From: Eledone cirrhosa
Taxonomy: Eukaryota
Assembly: GCA_964016885.1 (NCBI GenBank)
Contig: OZ024740.1
Span: 188,108,001-188,172,000, forward strand
DNA length: 64,000 nt
Direction: 5' to 3'
Shown: positions 41,579 to 58,429 of the stretch, piece after piece
Layout: each line of letters opens with the position of its first letter
Numbering within the stretch: the first letter of the stretch is position 1
Notes under the pieces: model-generated
What the model saw: the letters and a program-made list of their open reading frames with translations, nothing else
Database searches by the model: none
What the model was told of the DNA's origin: nothing
Program-made: the position numbers and the translations under genes

Positions 41579-43683
41579 CTCACAGAAAAGAACTCACAGC
41601 CTTCTTTAAAGGCTTCAACCTCTCTATACAGGTTGAGGCCAACCTCTCGGTCGTTAATTGCCTCGACGTTACCCTCAATTTATCGAATGGCTTGTATTAC
41701 CCGTATAGAAAGCCGAATGATACGCTGAATTACATAAGTAAGCATTCCAACCATCCTGCCAGCATAACCAAGAACCTGGTAAGAAACGTTTTATTGAGGC
41801 TTTCCCGTCTATCTACTAACGAGCATATTTTCAACGACCATTTCACGTATTACAATGAAGCTCTTGCTCGGAGTGGATTTGTCGATAAGGTAGCATATAC
41901 AGAGTACGAGAATAGACCTAGAAGAAATAGATCCCGACGCATTATATGGTATAACCCACCATATAATATGGAGGTGGCCACACCATTAGCTAAGATCTTT
42001 CTATCCCTTATTACGAAGCATTTTACCCCTACACATAAATATAGTAACATTTTTAATAGAAATACTATTAAAATTTCTTACTCTACGACTCCTTACATTG
42101 CACATAACATCACAGCTTCAAATTTAGCTAAACTACCTAGCCGTAGGAACACGTGCAACCCTGTAGTTAGTACTAACTGTAATTGTAGGAATCGGGTTGA
42201 TTGCCCACTATCCGGGAAATGCCTCTCTAGTAACATTGTCTACAAATGTAAGGTTGAAACACCCACGTCCCGTAGGGCCTACATAGGGTTAACCGCCAAT
42301 AGATTCAAGCAGCGTCTTTACATGCATACCCATTCTTTTCGTTACCCTCTAATAAGGAATATTACGTGACTTTCAGCTTATATCTGGAGTCTAAAAGACA
42401 ACCACACCCAATATAAGTTACACTGGGAGATCCTAGCTAGGGCTAGATCGTATCACGGAAATAAAAGACCATGTGACCTCTGCGCTGCTGAGGCCCTGGA
42501 AATACTCTACGCCACAGACCCCATCTTAAACAAACAATCTGTGGCAATTTCGGCTTGTAAACATAAAGTGCAAACAACTTTTCTGTATTACAGCCCCACA
42601 TTATACCCTAACGGATAGTACGATCTATACGCGGATATTTTACGTCTTGATGTGGTAGCTAAGTATATGTTATGTTTATACCATTACTTATTTGCATAGG
42701 CAAGTATATATTACCTGTATGTTTTGTGAAGGTACGTATACTTTCTCGTACGTATATTTGATTGTATATGTTATGGCGTATATTTTATATATTCTGGTAT
42801 ATATGCTTTTGTTTATGTGTATACGTGAGTTTTGCGTCTGTGTGAGTATGCGGGTTCGTACGTATGTAGGGTGTGTGTATATGTGTACTTCGTATTTTGG
42901 TTGACGTACGTCTCCGAACATTTGTGTATTTACATGTAGGTATGTGTGTGCGTTTGTTATATACCTATTTATTTATATACGTTTATTTAATTATTTATTT
43001 ATTTGTATACACGCACACGCACATATTTATATGTGCGTGTATTTGTATACCTATGGCGAGTGTTTTCGCGTATGCTTGTGTATGTATTTATTTAATTTCA
43101 ATTACCTCTGTATTCTATTTACTTTATTCTTAACTCTGAAGCGGAGAATTATTCGGTTTCCTAGTTAGAATTTTACTCTACGACTTCAGTTATACCATTT
43201 ACGTGTTTTTGTCTTTGCGTGCAATTGTTCTCTCACGTTCCACATATGACGTATTATCTTCGTTTTTCCGTTCATTGCCAGAGAACGTCTCTATGAACCA
43301 CCTAAGAGAACATTAGTCTACGACTTTGTTTGTACCATAAACGTGGATTTGTCTTCGCGTGTAAGAGTTTTTCACCGCTCCAAATAATGACGTATTATAT
43401 TCGTTTTTTCCCGTTCTTTGCCAGGGAACGTTTCCACGAACCAAAGTATCGTCTTCCTGTCTTCCTCCGGTAGCAACGTTTTTTGAAATATTCACTTCTG
43501 CGTTTACAGATTGACTTTGTTAGTTTCAGAAGATCCCGTTAAGGGTGAAAGCAGCGATTCTTTGCTCAAACTTTAATCTGTTATTTTAATAAATATTTGC
43601 TCTACGGTTCTTATATATTATATATATATTTATCCTTATCGAGCCCTCTTTGGATTTTAGTCTTCAAATTTATTATTATTACT
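41578..43683 (+). mobile_element. 5'-truncated Penelope-like element (RT thumb, CxCx5C linker, GIY-YIG, 3' UTR, HHR)
   Basis: CLDVTLNL, YRKPN, SNHP, CNCRNRVDCPLSGKC, IVYKC...YIGLT. After a premature stop at 42367-42369 the frame continues (CDLC...CKHK) to TAG at 42616-42618. Flanked by (TA)n. Confidence 0.93.
43506..43581 (+). ncRNA. Type I hammerhead ribozyme with CAGAAGA (U4A) core and bulged, extended stem I
   Basis: acagattga-[ctttgtt bulge]-agttt-CAGAAGA-t-ccc-gttaa-ggg-t-GAAA-gca...tgc-TC-aaact-ttaatctgt. Confidence 0.75.
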
Positions 43684-44461
43684 ATATATATATATATATA
43701 TCACTAGAATTTTGAAACATGTAAGGTTTATTTGATTTGTATTTGGTAGATTCTGAGGAGTTAATCTTGCAGGGTTGGAATATTTTTTTGTTAGTCTAAT
43801 GAAACGGTCATGAATTTATTAAATGCCATAATAATAATAATACTGGCGCAATTTTTCAGAAATGAATAGGTGGAGTACTATATATATATATATATATATA
43901 GTATTCCCTCTACTCATATCTCTGTCACTTATTTCACTCTACCATACTTCTTTTGTATGAGAAACAGCATCAGGTCTGTATCTGATATACCTTACTATTT
44001 CTCCCCCCCCCCCCCCCCCCCCACACCTCTCTCGCTCTTAGCTCACTCTTTATTTACATTTATCACTTTCTTATTGCCCAGCTTTATTACTTTTATCACA
44101 CAATCTCTTTCTCACACCTGCAAATATCTTGTTCACTCATCTATGCTCTCACTCCAATATTCTCTGTTTCCCCCATTTCCCTCTTTACCACTATTCGTAG
44201 ATATAACTAACTCTTTATTGTTGTTTCAGTTTTGTTATACACCAAACATAATATATCCACTAAGCCACTTTTTACAATTATTTTTTTAAAAATTATATCT
44301 GAAACAGGAAAATTTGAAAATTTATTTGAAAGATTTAAATTTGTGATGCTGGATCACTACAAAAGATGCAATCCAAACCATTCGAGATTTATTTTATATA
44401 CCAGATAGGAATGTGCTAGATTTTAAAAAATTCCCATACTAGAAGTAGTAACAAAACATTT

Positions 44462-44845
44462 TCTTCTTTGTCCACTTATTCTTGAGAGTGTTGTGGAGGC
44501 AGATTCCTCAAATACACTTTCTAGTGGGTCCTGTCAGAAGCAACCTTCTCCAACAGATCTGGCTCTATCCCCAAGTGAGACTAGCCAAGACTATGGACAT
44601 CCAACCATCATGCTCAGGGTCTACCCTGAGTCTCCTGCTGGTTGGTTTTGCCTGTAAGATGTGTCCAGTGATTCTTTTGTTAGAAATTTTAAACACATGC
44701 CCATAATATTGGAGCTGTGATCTCTCAATTCAGAGAAGTAGCGGCTTTACCTGAAGTGACCATCTGACTTCTGAGCTATGCACTCTACCAAGTAACGTTA
44801 CTCCAGAGAACGTTTGGAGGAACCCAATTTTGGTTGCTTGTATTC
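44462..44845 (-). mobile_element. Decayed 3' fragment of the third RTE-like family
   Basis: Reverse-complement similarity to 37045-37400. Confidence 0.65.
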
Positions 44846-45879
44846 TAGATCCTATTCTTTCGGTTATTACCCAAAGTTTTGATACCTAAATTTGTAATGG
44901 AACAACAAAGTAGTCATGTATCTCACATAAGTAACTGAGATCAACTGACTTAATAGTAGTAGTGATTCAGCCTAAAAGGTCCTTTGTTTCTCACTCTATT
45001 TACCCTCTTCATTACATTTGCCCCAAACAGAGATACCACAGAGTTGTGAACACTAAGTAATTTCACAGGACACACAGCAACCTTACTTGTGTCTACATTC
45101 AGTGAATTCAACAAATGGTTAGCACATAGACAAAAACAATGCAAGATGAAGAAGACCTTTTTGTCTGGTTGAGGATGTAATTTCGGTAAAATATTAAAAT
45201 GTAGTAAGTACAGTCTGTAAAATGGTTGGTGTTAGGAGGAATATGTAAAAATCATGACTTAAATGTAATAGATGAGGGAGACATGGTCCTTTAACCCATC
45301 TGTGATGGTATGTGATTGCTCGTCAAAACCATGCCAGCAAGTAAAGTAATGGTGATGATGTTGACAGTTTTGTGTGTGTGTGTGTGCATATGTAAGTAAA
45401 TAAAAATAGTCTCTCAAAAACAAACATTCTTAATCATATTTAAATCTACTATCAGGTAGTAGTTTTCTGCAAAAATTCCTTTATATTCCTTTAGGGTGAT
45501 TTCTCATCTTTCTAAATGAGAGTACAAAAGAACATTTCCTGATGTCTAGTGTTCCTTGTTCACTTACAAATCATAAGTATTAATCCTCAAAGAGAATTTT
45601 GATTTTCAATAATAAAACAGACAATTTCTCATTCATTTACCTATGAAAAAATGTTTTTATGTTAAAGAAAACAAATAAATTACATTACTCAAGAGAAACT
45701 GCCTTCTGGCTATTTTGTATTTACATAATCTTTTTCAGATTTTGTTTTATGGTCCTAAAACAAATTTGTATTTTATTTTCTCATTATTTGGCTTATCATA
45801 AAAGTTGCATATGTATATGAATATATTTTTACATACAAATATATATAGATAGACTCATTTATGTATATATATATGTATA

Positions 45880-45999
<120 letters not shown>

Positions 46000-46125
46000 T
46001 GTGTGTATATATATATATATATATATATACTGTGTACATATACATATATGCATATATATACTGTGTATATATATATACACAGTGTATATATATATATAAT
46101 GTGTGTATATATATATATATATATA

Positions 46126-46157
<32 letters not shown>

Positions 46158-46339
46158 ACAAAGGAGGTGTGGTAAGGAACCAGATGGACCATAACGCACC
46201 AGAGTACTCAATACTTAGGGTAGTAGAGTGGGTAATAGGAAAACGTTTAACCCAACGCCAGTGCTCAAGCCGTTTCAACGGCTATTTCTGAAATAGCCGT
46301 TGAAACGGCTTGAGCTCTACCGTCAGGGTTAGACATTTT

Positions 46340-46341
<2 letters not shown>
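46158..46341. mobile_element. Fold-back 3' end of another PLE-like family, containing HHR 3' halves
   Basis: Perfect palindrome 46263-46315; related sequence at 15919-15971, 54285-54365 and 63194-63275. Confidence 0.65.
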
Positions 46342-46375
<34 letters not shown>

Positions 46376-46778
46376 TACTGTGTGTATATATATATATATA
46401 TATACAGTGTGTATTTGTATATAATGTGTGTGTGTATATATATATATATACTTTATATATATACACTGTATATATACATTGTATATATACATACATACTG
46501 TATATATAAATACATATTTAGAGAGAATCACATTTCGGCGGGTAGAAAAGGCGAAATGAAACGCAAAACTCAGAAATAATGCTGGCAAGTGCTCCATAGT
46601 TAAAAAACCAGAGCTAAACAATATGTTAAGACGCCATACAAAACTGAAATAGTGGTCAAGAAACTATCAACTGCCTAAGCCAAAAAAGCAAATCAAGCTA
46701 AACAGGTCAAAGCAAAATAAATGGTTAAAAAAACGGTAAAAAAAACACATATACTGTATATATATATATATATATATA

Positions 46779-47095
46779 TCATCATCATCATCATCATCAT
46801 TTTACGTCCGTTTTTCCCTGCTTGCAAGGGTGAGACGGGAATTGATTATGACTTGATTTCTACAGTTGGATGCTGTTCCTAACACCAACTTCATTTACAG
46901 TGGGTGCTGGGTGCTTTTTTTCCGTGGTACCTACACGTCCACTTTACGATGTGGGCTGGGTGCTTCTTTGCCGTGGCACCTCCACGACCACTTTGCAGTG
47001 GAATGATAGGGACCCCAGTCCTATCATCTCATTTCTACAGTTGAGTAAACTAGAGCAATGTGAATTAAAGTGTCTTGCTCAAGGAAACAACACAC
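46779..47095 (-). mobile_element. tRNA-SINE family copy lacking its head
   Basis: Matches 25921-26175. Confidence 0.85.
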
Positions 47096-47118
47096 ACATA
47101 TATATATATATATATATA

Positions 47119-47752
47119 TCATCATCATCATCTTCGTTTAACGTCCATTTCTATGCCAGCATGGGTTAGACGGGAGTTATTCCACTTGAGGCAAGGTTGG
47201 TCGGGTGATCATGTCTTGCTCATATAGGATTATCTGGCAGGTTTTCTATGGCTGGATGCCCTTCCTAACACCAACCATATTTACAGTGTGGAACTGGGAA
47301 CTTTTTACCATGTTACCTACATGGCCACATTACAGCGTGGACTGTGTGTTTTTTCTCGTGACACCTACACAATCTCTATCTCATTATCTCATTTATTTGG
47401 ACTGGATGTTGTGGTACCAACTTTATAGAGAGAGGGTGGTGTTGGCGGGAGTGGGAGGATAGGATAGGGTAGTGGATTGGGGTGTATATTTGGTTAAGAT
47501 GTGCCTACTGACTGTAGGTTTCGCTTTGTACATAGGCAAGGTGGGTCTTCTGTATTACTGCTTAGCGCCAAAGATCTCGGTCCAGTGACATTGTCTTAGA
47601 GAGAGGCTAGTGTGTAAGGTCTGAATTTATCAGTTCGTCCCAGGTTTTTCTCGGTCTACCTACTCCATAACTACCATCAATTTTGATCGCCCAGCACTTT
47701 TTTATACAGCTGTCGTCTTACTTGCGCATCACCTGGCCATACCAACGTAGTC
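47119..47752 (-). mobile_element. RTE 3' fragment
   Basis: Matches 5580-6305. Confidence 0.88.
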
Positions 47753-50700
47753 TGATGTTTGAACGTAAGGAGGTTGATGTTTGCTGTATTCAAGAGACCA
47801 GGTGGAAGGTGGGTCTGCTAGATTCATTGTGGGTAAAAAACGATGCTATAAGCGTTTGTGGGTGGGAAATGACAATGGGCTGGGTGGAGTGGGTTTCATG
47901 GTAGCAGGTAAATAGAGTGAACGACAGAATAATTAAAATAAGACTTGTCCTCAATAGAACTACTGTGACAATTATATCTGCATATGCACCCCAATCCGGA
48001 CTGCCTGGCATTATAAAAGACAGATTCTATGAGTCGTTAGTGCTCATTACCTCCCAAATAACTGACAGTGACTATATAATTATTGCTGGCGACCTAAATG
48101 GTCACGTTAGACAACACTGTGACGGCTATGATGGAATCCATGGAGGCTATGGTTTTGGTACTAGAAATGAAGAAGGCTCCAGAATCCTGGAATTCTGTGA
48201 CGCAAATAATCTAACTATCTGTAATAAAAGCTTAAAAAAATGAGACGATCACTTGATCACCTATAGATCAGGGGAACACGCCAGTCAGAGAGATTATATC
48301 CTTACCAGAAGACGAGACAGAGTGTCTGTTGTAAACACCAAATCCCTCCCCAATGAAGAATGCACCTCCCAACATAGCCTCGTAGTTAGCGACCTCATAG
48401 TCAGGAGGAGACGTATTCGACAACAGAGAAGGACTATCCTTAGGAGAAAAATATGGAAGTTAAAGGACCCCACAGCCAGTAATAAATTTAAAAGCATACC
48501 GAGACCTTTGGCGGTACTCAGTAACAGAGAAGACCCGCCTTACCTAAATATATAGTAAAACCTACTCCAGCCAGTAGGCATCTCTAACAAAATACACCCC
48601 GTCTCACCACCCCCACCCCATCCACACCACCCCATTCTATGTAAAGTTATGTTGGTGCCGCGCCATCCAGGCCGAAACAAATGAGATCGTGTAGGTGTCA
48701 CGACAAAAAAACACACAGTCCACGCTGTAATGTGGCCGTGTAGGCAACACGGTAAAAACCTCCCAGACCCACACTGTAAATGTGGTTGGTGTTAGGAAGG
48801 GCATCCAGCTGTGGAAAACCTGCCAGACAGTCCTATGCGAGCAAGACAATCACTCTTGCCTCAAGTGGGACTACCCCCATTCAAACCCATGCAAGCGTGG
48901 AACACGGACGTTAAACGTTGATGATGATGATGATGATGATGATTACTCGATGCTTTTGACAGTAAGGAAGAGCAATTAGAGTCGTACAATATAGAGGAAC
49001 AGTGGGAATTCCTGAAAGCTAACCTGCTGAAGGTGACAGATGAAATCTGTGGCTGGAGCAGACCTATAGGCAGGAGGAGAGTAACTTGGTGGTGGAACAG
49101 TAAGGTGGAAAGTATGGCGGGATGGGGGAAATAGAGAAGACTATCAAGTGGCCAGGAGGGAAGCTAGGAGACAAGTGTACTTCGCAAGAAGGGAAGCAGA
49201 GGAAAGAAAGTTCAAGCATGTTCTACAATGCGAGGACCAAAAATGTGAGGTGTTCAGGATTTCTAGACAATGTGTCAAGGAGAACCGTGATATTGTCGGG
49301 GAGAAGTGTGTCCGTAATGATGATGGTGTAATGGCCATCACTGATGCTGCTAAAAAGGTAGCTTGGAAGTGTCACTACGAAAGGCTACTAAATGAGGAGA
49401 ATAAATGGCGGAAAGACAAACTCCCCCACATCGATCCAATAGAGGGACCAGCAGTGCAAGTTGAAGGTAGTATAATAAGTAAGGCAATCAAAGATATGAA
49501 GACGACAAGGCGGCTGGTTCTTCGGAAATAGTTGTTGAAATGCTGAAAGCATCTGGAACGTGAGACACACTATGGTCACCCGGATAGTAAACCAAGTTAT
49601 ACAGAATGGGGTCGTACCAAAGGACTGGCATAGCAGCTTCATCATTAACTGCTACAAGGGTAAAGGAGACGCCCTAAATAGGGGAAACGATAGAGGCATT
49701 AAATTAATTGACCCGGTAATGAAGGTCACAGAAAAAGTAATAGCGCAACTAATCAGAGAGCGAATTAATCTAGATGAAATGCAGTTCGGGTTTGTGTCAG
49801 GTAAACGTACCACAGACATTCTTTTCATTGTACAAAAACTACAGGAGAAGTGCCTATCTAAAAGTAAACCCCTCTACTTAGCTTTTGTAGACCTGGAGAA
49901 AGCCTTTGACAGAGTCCCCCGCTCCATTATCTGGTGGGCTCTTAGAAAACTAGGTGTAGATGAATGGCTTGTGAGAGCTATACAAGCTATGTATAATGAA
50001 ACAGTCAGTAAGGTTAGAATTAACAATGAATATTGTGAAGAATTTAGTGTAAAAGTTGGTGTTCATCAAGGCTCTGTCCTTAGCCCCCTCTTATTTATTA
50101 TTGCCCTTCAGGCTATAACAGAGGAGTTCAAGACCAGCTGCCCATGGGAACTCCTATACGCAGATGATCTAACGCTCATAGCTGAACCAATGGCTGAACT
50201 AGAGAAGAAATTCCAAACATGGAAGCATGGCCTAGAATCAAAAGGCCTTAAAGTTAACTTGTCTAAGACTAAAGTTCTAGTTTGTAGAAAGGAAAATAGG
50301 GCACAGGTGCCCTCAGGGAAATGGCCATGCTCAGTGTGTAGGAAAGGAGTAGGCAGAAATTTCATTTTATGTCCCAAATGCAAAGTATGGGTACATAAAA
50401 GATGTAGTAGGATCACAGGTAAACTATCTAAGAATGTAGACTTTATATGTGGCCAATGCTCAGATGCAATAAGTAGCAAGTGTCCAAAGGATACTAGCTC
50501 ATTCCATTGCCCAGATGGTTCTATAGATATAGTGGACACCTTCCGTTACCTGGGTGACAAAATCAGCAGTGGTGGAGGGTGCTCTGAAAGTACTGTAGCT
50601 AGAGTCCAAACGGGATAGAAAAAGTTCAGAGCACTTATACCACTATTGGCCGCTAAAGGTTTCTCTCTAAAAATAAAAGGCAGGCTGTATGATGCCTGCA

Positions 50701-51507
50701 TACGAATAGCGATGTTACACGGCAGTGAGACCTGGGCCTTGGATGCAGAGGATCTATGCAGACTGGAGAGGAACGGAGCTTGCATGCTCCTTTGGATGTG
50801 TAATAGCAATATACGCGAACAGCAAAGCATAAATGAACTAAGTGAGAAATTAGGAATAAGAGGGATCAGATGCTGTTTACTCAAGAGAAGACTATGTTGG
50901 TAGTGTCACGTAATGCACATGAAAGATGACAGCTGTATAAAAAAGTGCAGGGCGATCAAAATAGACGGTAGCCACGGAGTAGCCAGACCGAGAAAAACCT
51001 GGGACGACTTGATAAAATCTGACCTCACACACTTACACCTCTCCAAGACAATGTCACTGGACTGAGATCTTTGGCGCTGAGTAGTAATACAGAAGACCCG
51101 CCTTGATTAAGTACAAAGCGAAACCTACAGTCAATAGGCACCTCTTAACCAAAATACACTCTCCGTCCAACTAACCCTACCCCCACCACCATCTACACCA
51201 CGCCTTTCGATGTAAAGCTATGTTGGTACCACAACATTCCAGTCCTAAATAAATGAGGTCGTGTAGGTGCCACGACAAAAAAAACACACAGTCCACGCTG
51301 TAATGTGGCCGTGTAGGTAACACGGTAAAAACCTCCCAGTCCCACACTGTAAACGTGGTTGGTGTTAGGAAGGGCATCCAGCCGTAGAAAACCCGCCAGA
51401 CAGTCCTGAGCAAGACAACAAATCTTGCCTCAAGTGGGACAATTCCCGTCCAAACCCATGCTAGCGTGGAAAATGGGCGTTAAACGATGATGATGATGAT
51501 GATGATG
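47753..51507 (+). mobile_element. Near full-length decayed RTE LINE (APE, RT, C4HC3 finger) carrying a nested short copy of the same family at 48500-48943
   Basis: APE motifs (IQET, SAYAPQ, GDLNGHV, DYIL), then the RT ORF 49560-50618. Host sequence aaagcatac|tactcgatgc is split by the insert (compare the intact 9600-9620). Confidence 0.92.
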
Positions 51508-51521
51508 GATATATGTACATA

Positions 51522-51569
<48 letters not shown>

Positions 51570-52111
51570 ACTAGAGATTGATGAACATATAAAAATACAT
51601 GAATAATCACAGGAGATAATCTAAGCTTGCGTGTAACCGCGCATAGCTAGTTTAGGTAATATTTACCTTTAAGAGTGATTAACTTTCCTTGTATATATCC
51701 CATTAAAGAAATATATTTCACCAATTAATCAGATGGTAAGTCACGGAAAGTGGATATTATTGGATTGTCAACAAGGAAATAGATAATTATCCAGCCATTC
51801 GAGCTTACAGAGCGAGATCAAATCTACAACTATCCGTTACCACGTGCTGTGTCTACACAAGATAGTGGTTTCGTTTCAGTGGCGTGAAAAGGTATTCGAC
51901 AACTAGAAATAGCAGTCAAAATTCTTCTCAACAGAAATAGCTCTACAATTAAGGAGCCGTATATATATATCTAAGTCCAAAATTAAGATAAATGAATTAA
52001 ATGAATTTAATCTAAATCAAAATCATGGGTGTCATGACATAATGCATGCGCCATATATCCTGAGAATTTAAGCTGAAAGATAAATACATCTGATAAATAC
52101 ATATATTAGAT

Positions 52112-54470
<2,359 letters not shown>

Positions 54471-54798
54471 TAATAAAAACATGAATAAAAACAAAGAAAC
54501 AGTTCCTTATATTAAAACATTCGTAATTTTACGATTGTTTCTAGGATATATATGTGTGTGTTGGTATGTATATCATATAGATCTATGTAAAAATTTTTAC
54601 AAACTATCAGAGGGAATATACATACCTACACATATATATGCTGTCTTCAGAAATAATCCAGAATATAATATAAATATATATATATACTCTATATTATATA
54701 AGATCAACAGATGGTTAAAAGAGTTCATGTATTTTATTATGCGCATTTCAAAAACAAATATCTGTATATATACTGTATATATATACATACTGTATATA

Positions 54799-54871
<73 letters not shown>

Positions 54872-55311
54872 TGTATATATATATACATACTCTATATATA
54901 ATAAATATATAATATAATGAAATTATTGTGTAAAGTGCTCAGGTGCACTACAAGTCGTCAAAGGTGCATGTATAGTACATAGAATAATACACAAATGCCA
55001 GGGAAGTGAATAGTGTAAGAGCAATGATATACATGTGTGTATGGAGGGGGAACATTAGGTGTAGTATTGGCGAATCTCGGGAAGCATGGAGACCAAAAAG
55101 GATGCAGTGTCTCGACAGCTAACAACCGTATATGTATATATGTGTATATACTGTATATATATATATACATACTGTATGTATGTTTATATATATATAAATA
55201 TATATACTGTATATATATACATACTGTATGTATGTTTATATATATATATATATATATATACTGTATATATATACATACTCTATATATGTTCATATATATA
55301 TACCTACTCTA

Positions 55312-56131
<820 letters not shown>

Positions 56132-56144
56132 CTCTTTATATGTA

Positions 56145-56178
<34 letters not shown>

Positions 56179-56253
56179 CGCATCTATATATATATATATA
56201 TATAAAATAAAGTTAAATAAAAGTCAAATGATTAAAATTTAGCTTCGTTTATT

Positions 56254-56308
56254 ACTGCTATATATATTTCAGTGACAGCCATCTTTGGCTGTGACCTCTT
56301 CAGGCAGT
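56254..56308 (-). ncRNA. Minimal type I hammerhead ribozyme (left arm)
   Basis: Reverse complement of 56539-56593. Confidence 0.85.
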
Positions 56309-56538
56309 TTGAATTAGTATGGTATAGACAAGTACATATGTTGTTTAGGTGTATAATATTGTCAATACTCTGATATGCCCAGTTTCTTGTTGGGTTGTTA
56401 ATTCACTGAGGAACTGGAGTCATATGACTCCAGTTCCTCAGTGAATTAACAACCCAACAAGGAACTGGGCATATCAGAGTATTGACAATATTATACACCT
56501 AAACAACATATGTACTTGTCTATACCATACTAATTCAA

Positions 56539-56593
56539 ACTGCCTGAAGAGGTCACAGCCAAAGATGGCTGTCACTGAAATATATATAGCAGT
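56539..56593 (+). ncRNA. Minimal type I hammerhead ribozyme (right arm)
   Basis: actgc-CTGAAGA-ggtcacagcc-aaagat-ggctgtcact-GAAA-tatata-TA-gcagt. Confidence 0.85.
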
Positions 56594-56734
56594 AATAAAC
56601 GAAGCTAAATTTTAATCATTTGACTTTTATTTAACTTTACTTTACACTACTCCGGAGTAACCAAACCAACCTGCGCACTTCGTCGAGTGCTCCAGCCTGC
56701 ATACTGAGGTGTTGGTATACAACCAACATAAACT

Positions 56735-56809
<75 letters not shown>

Positions 56810-56879
56810 TATATATACATATACATACTCTACATATGTGTATATATATATATATACATATATATATATACATACTCTA

Positions 56880-56929
<50 letters not shown>

Positions 56930-56937
56930 CTCTATTA

Positions 56938-56982
<45 letters not shown>

Positions 56983-57003
56983 CTCTATATATGTATATAT
57001 ATA

Positions 57004-57043
<40 letters not shown>

Positions 57044-57075
57044 GTCTATATATGTGTGTATATATATATATATAT

Positions 57076-57330
57076 TTCCTTGAGCAAGACACTTTATTTC
57101 ACATTGCTCCAGTTTACTCAGCTGTAGAAATGAGATGATAGGGACTGGGGTCCCTATCATTCCACTGCAAAGTGGTCGTGGAGGTGCCACGGCAAAAAAG
57201 CACCCAGCACTCACTGTAAATGAGATTGGTGTTAGGAAGGGCATCCAGCTGTTGAAATCAAGCCAGAATCAGTTCCCGTTCCACCCTTGCAAGCAGGGAA
57301 AAGCGGATATAAAATGATGATGATGATGAT
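57076..57330 (+). mobile_element. tRNA-SINE family copy, 5'-truncated
   Basis: Matches 9172-9432. Confidence 0.87.
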
Positions 57331-57403
<73 letters not shown>

Positions 57404-58429
57404 ATTATATATATACACACATATGCACATAGATAAATTCTTGCAGCACATGCATATATACTTATACATGTGAATGTATACTCACATATCCATATTATTC
57501 AATTAATCATTGTAATTATATTTCTCCAATTATATACCCGTTAATTATTTTAGTTTGTTTATGATGCAGAAGTACCTATTAATAAATTTTATTACATATT
57601 AATAATTATGGTTATTATGTATATTTTTTTGAAATCTAATAATAATAACTAAGATATGAATTGTTTTTAATTTATCTTCTGTAATAGTGAATTTCTTTTC
57701 TTTCTTACATTTGGGAATGTAAATCACAGCTTATAATTATTAGGAAATCAATGAAATAACACATTTTTCCATCCTTTTTTTTAATAGACGTCAATGAAAC
57801 AAATTAAAAGATATGTTTACAATTCCAGCAACAAACTTTCTCTTACCCTGTTTTCTGTGGATACACTTCAGCTTCTGTTGATTTTTTGACAAACGCATAT
57901 ACTGATATAATTTAAGAACTGTAGAGATGCTAGAGATCTTTAATGAAAATCCTCAATATCAGTTTTCTGTTGTCTCCTTCTTTAAAATGCTAATTACGGA
58001 TTATCTTCAGATACTACAATCTTCTTATTATTAAAGAAGCCTTCTATAACTTAAATGTTTGTTAATGTAACTCATTCGTCTATATTAAAAAACCAATATT
58101 GGGTATCATTTTCTCTTTGATTTCCATTTGAATCAATAGTTGATGTTTATCTACTTCTGCACGAAGCCTACATATAAGGATGGAATTGTAGAGGTACCAT
58201 AATGACATATAATATTTTTTATCATTTTAAATCTGACGGAGCCCATCACTTTCTAGGTTTGAACACAGCCAGTGTGTGTGTGTGTGTGTGCATGCATACA
58301 TGCACACCCGTGCATGTGTATATCTGTTCCAAATTCAAACTATAGCTTCACAAGAGATGTAGTGGAATCCCAGGTAGGCTAGCAAAGAATGTAAATTTAA
58401 CACAGGAGTAGTAAGCAGCAAATTCTCAG

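Larger units (their letters stand above)
56208..56639. repeat. 432-bp spacer-less palindrome (216-bp arms, one mismatch seen)
   Basis: Centre ggagtcat|atgactcc at 56423/56424. Confidence 0.95.
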
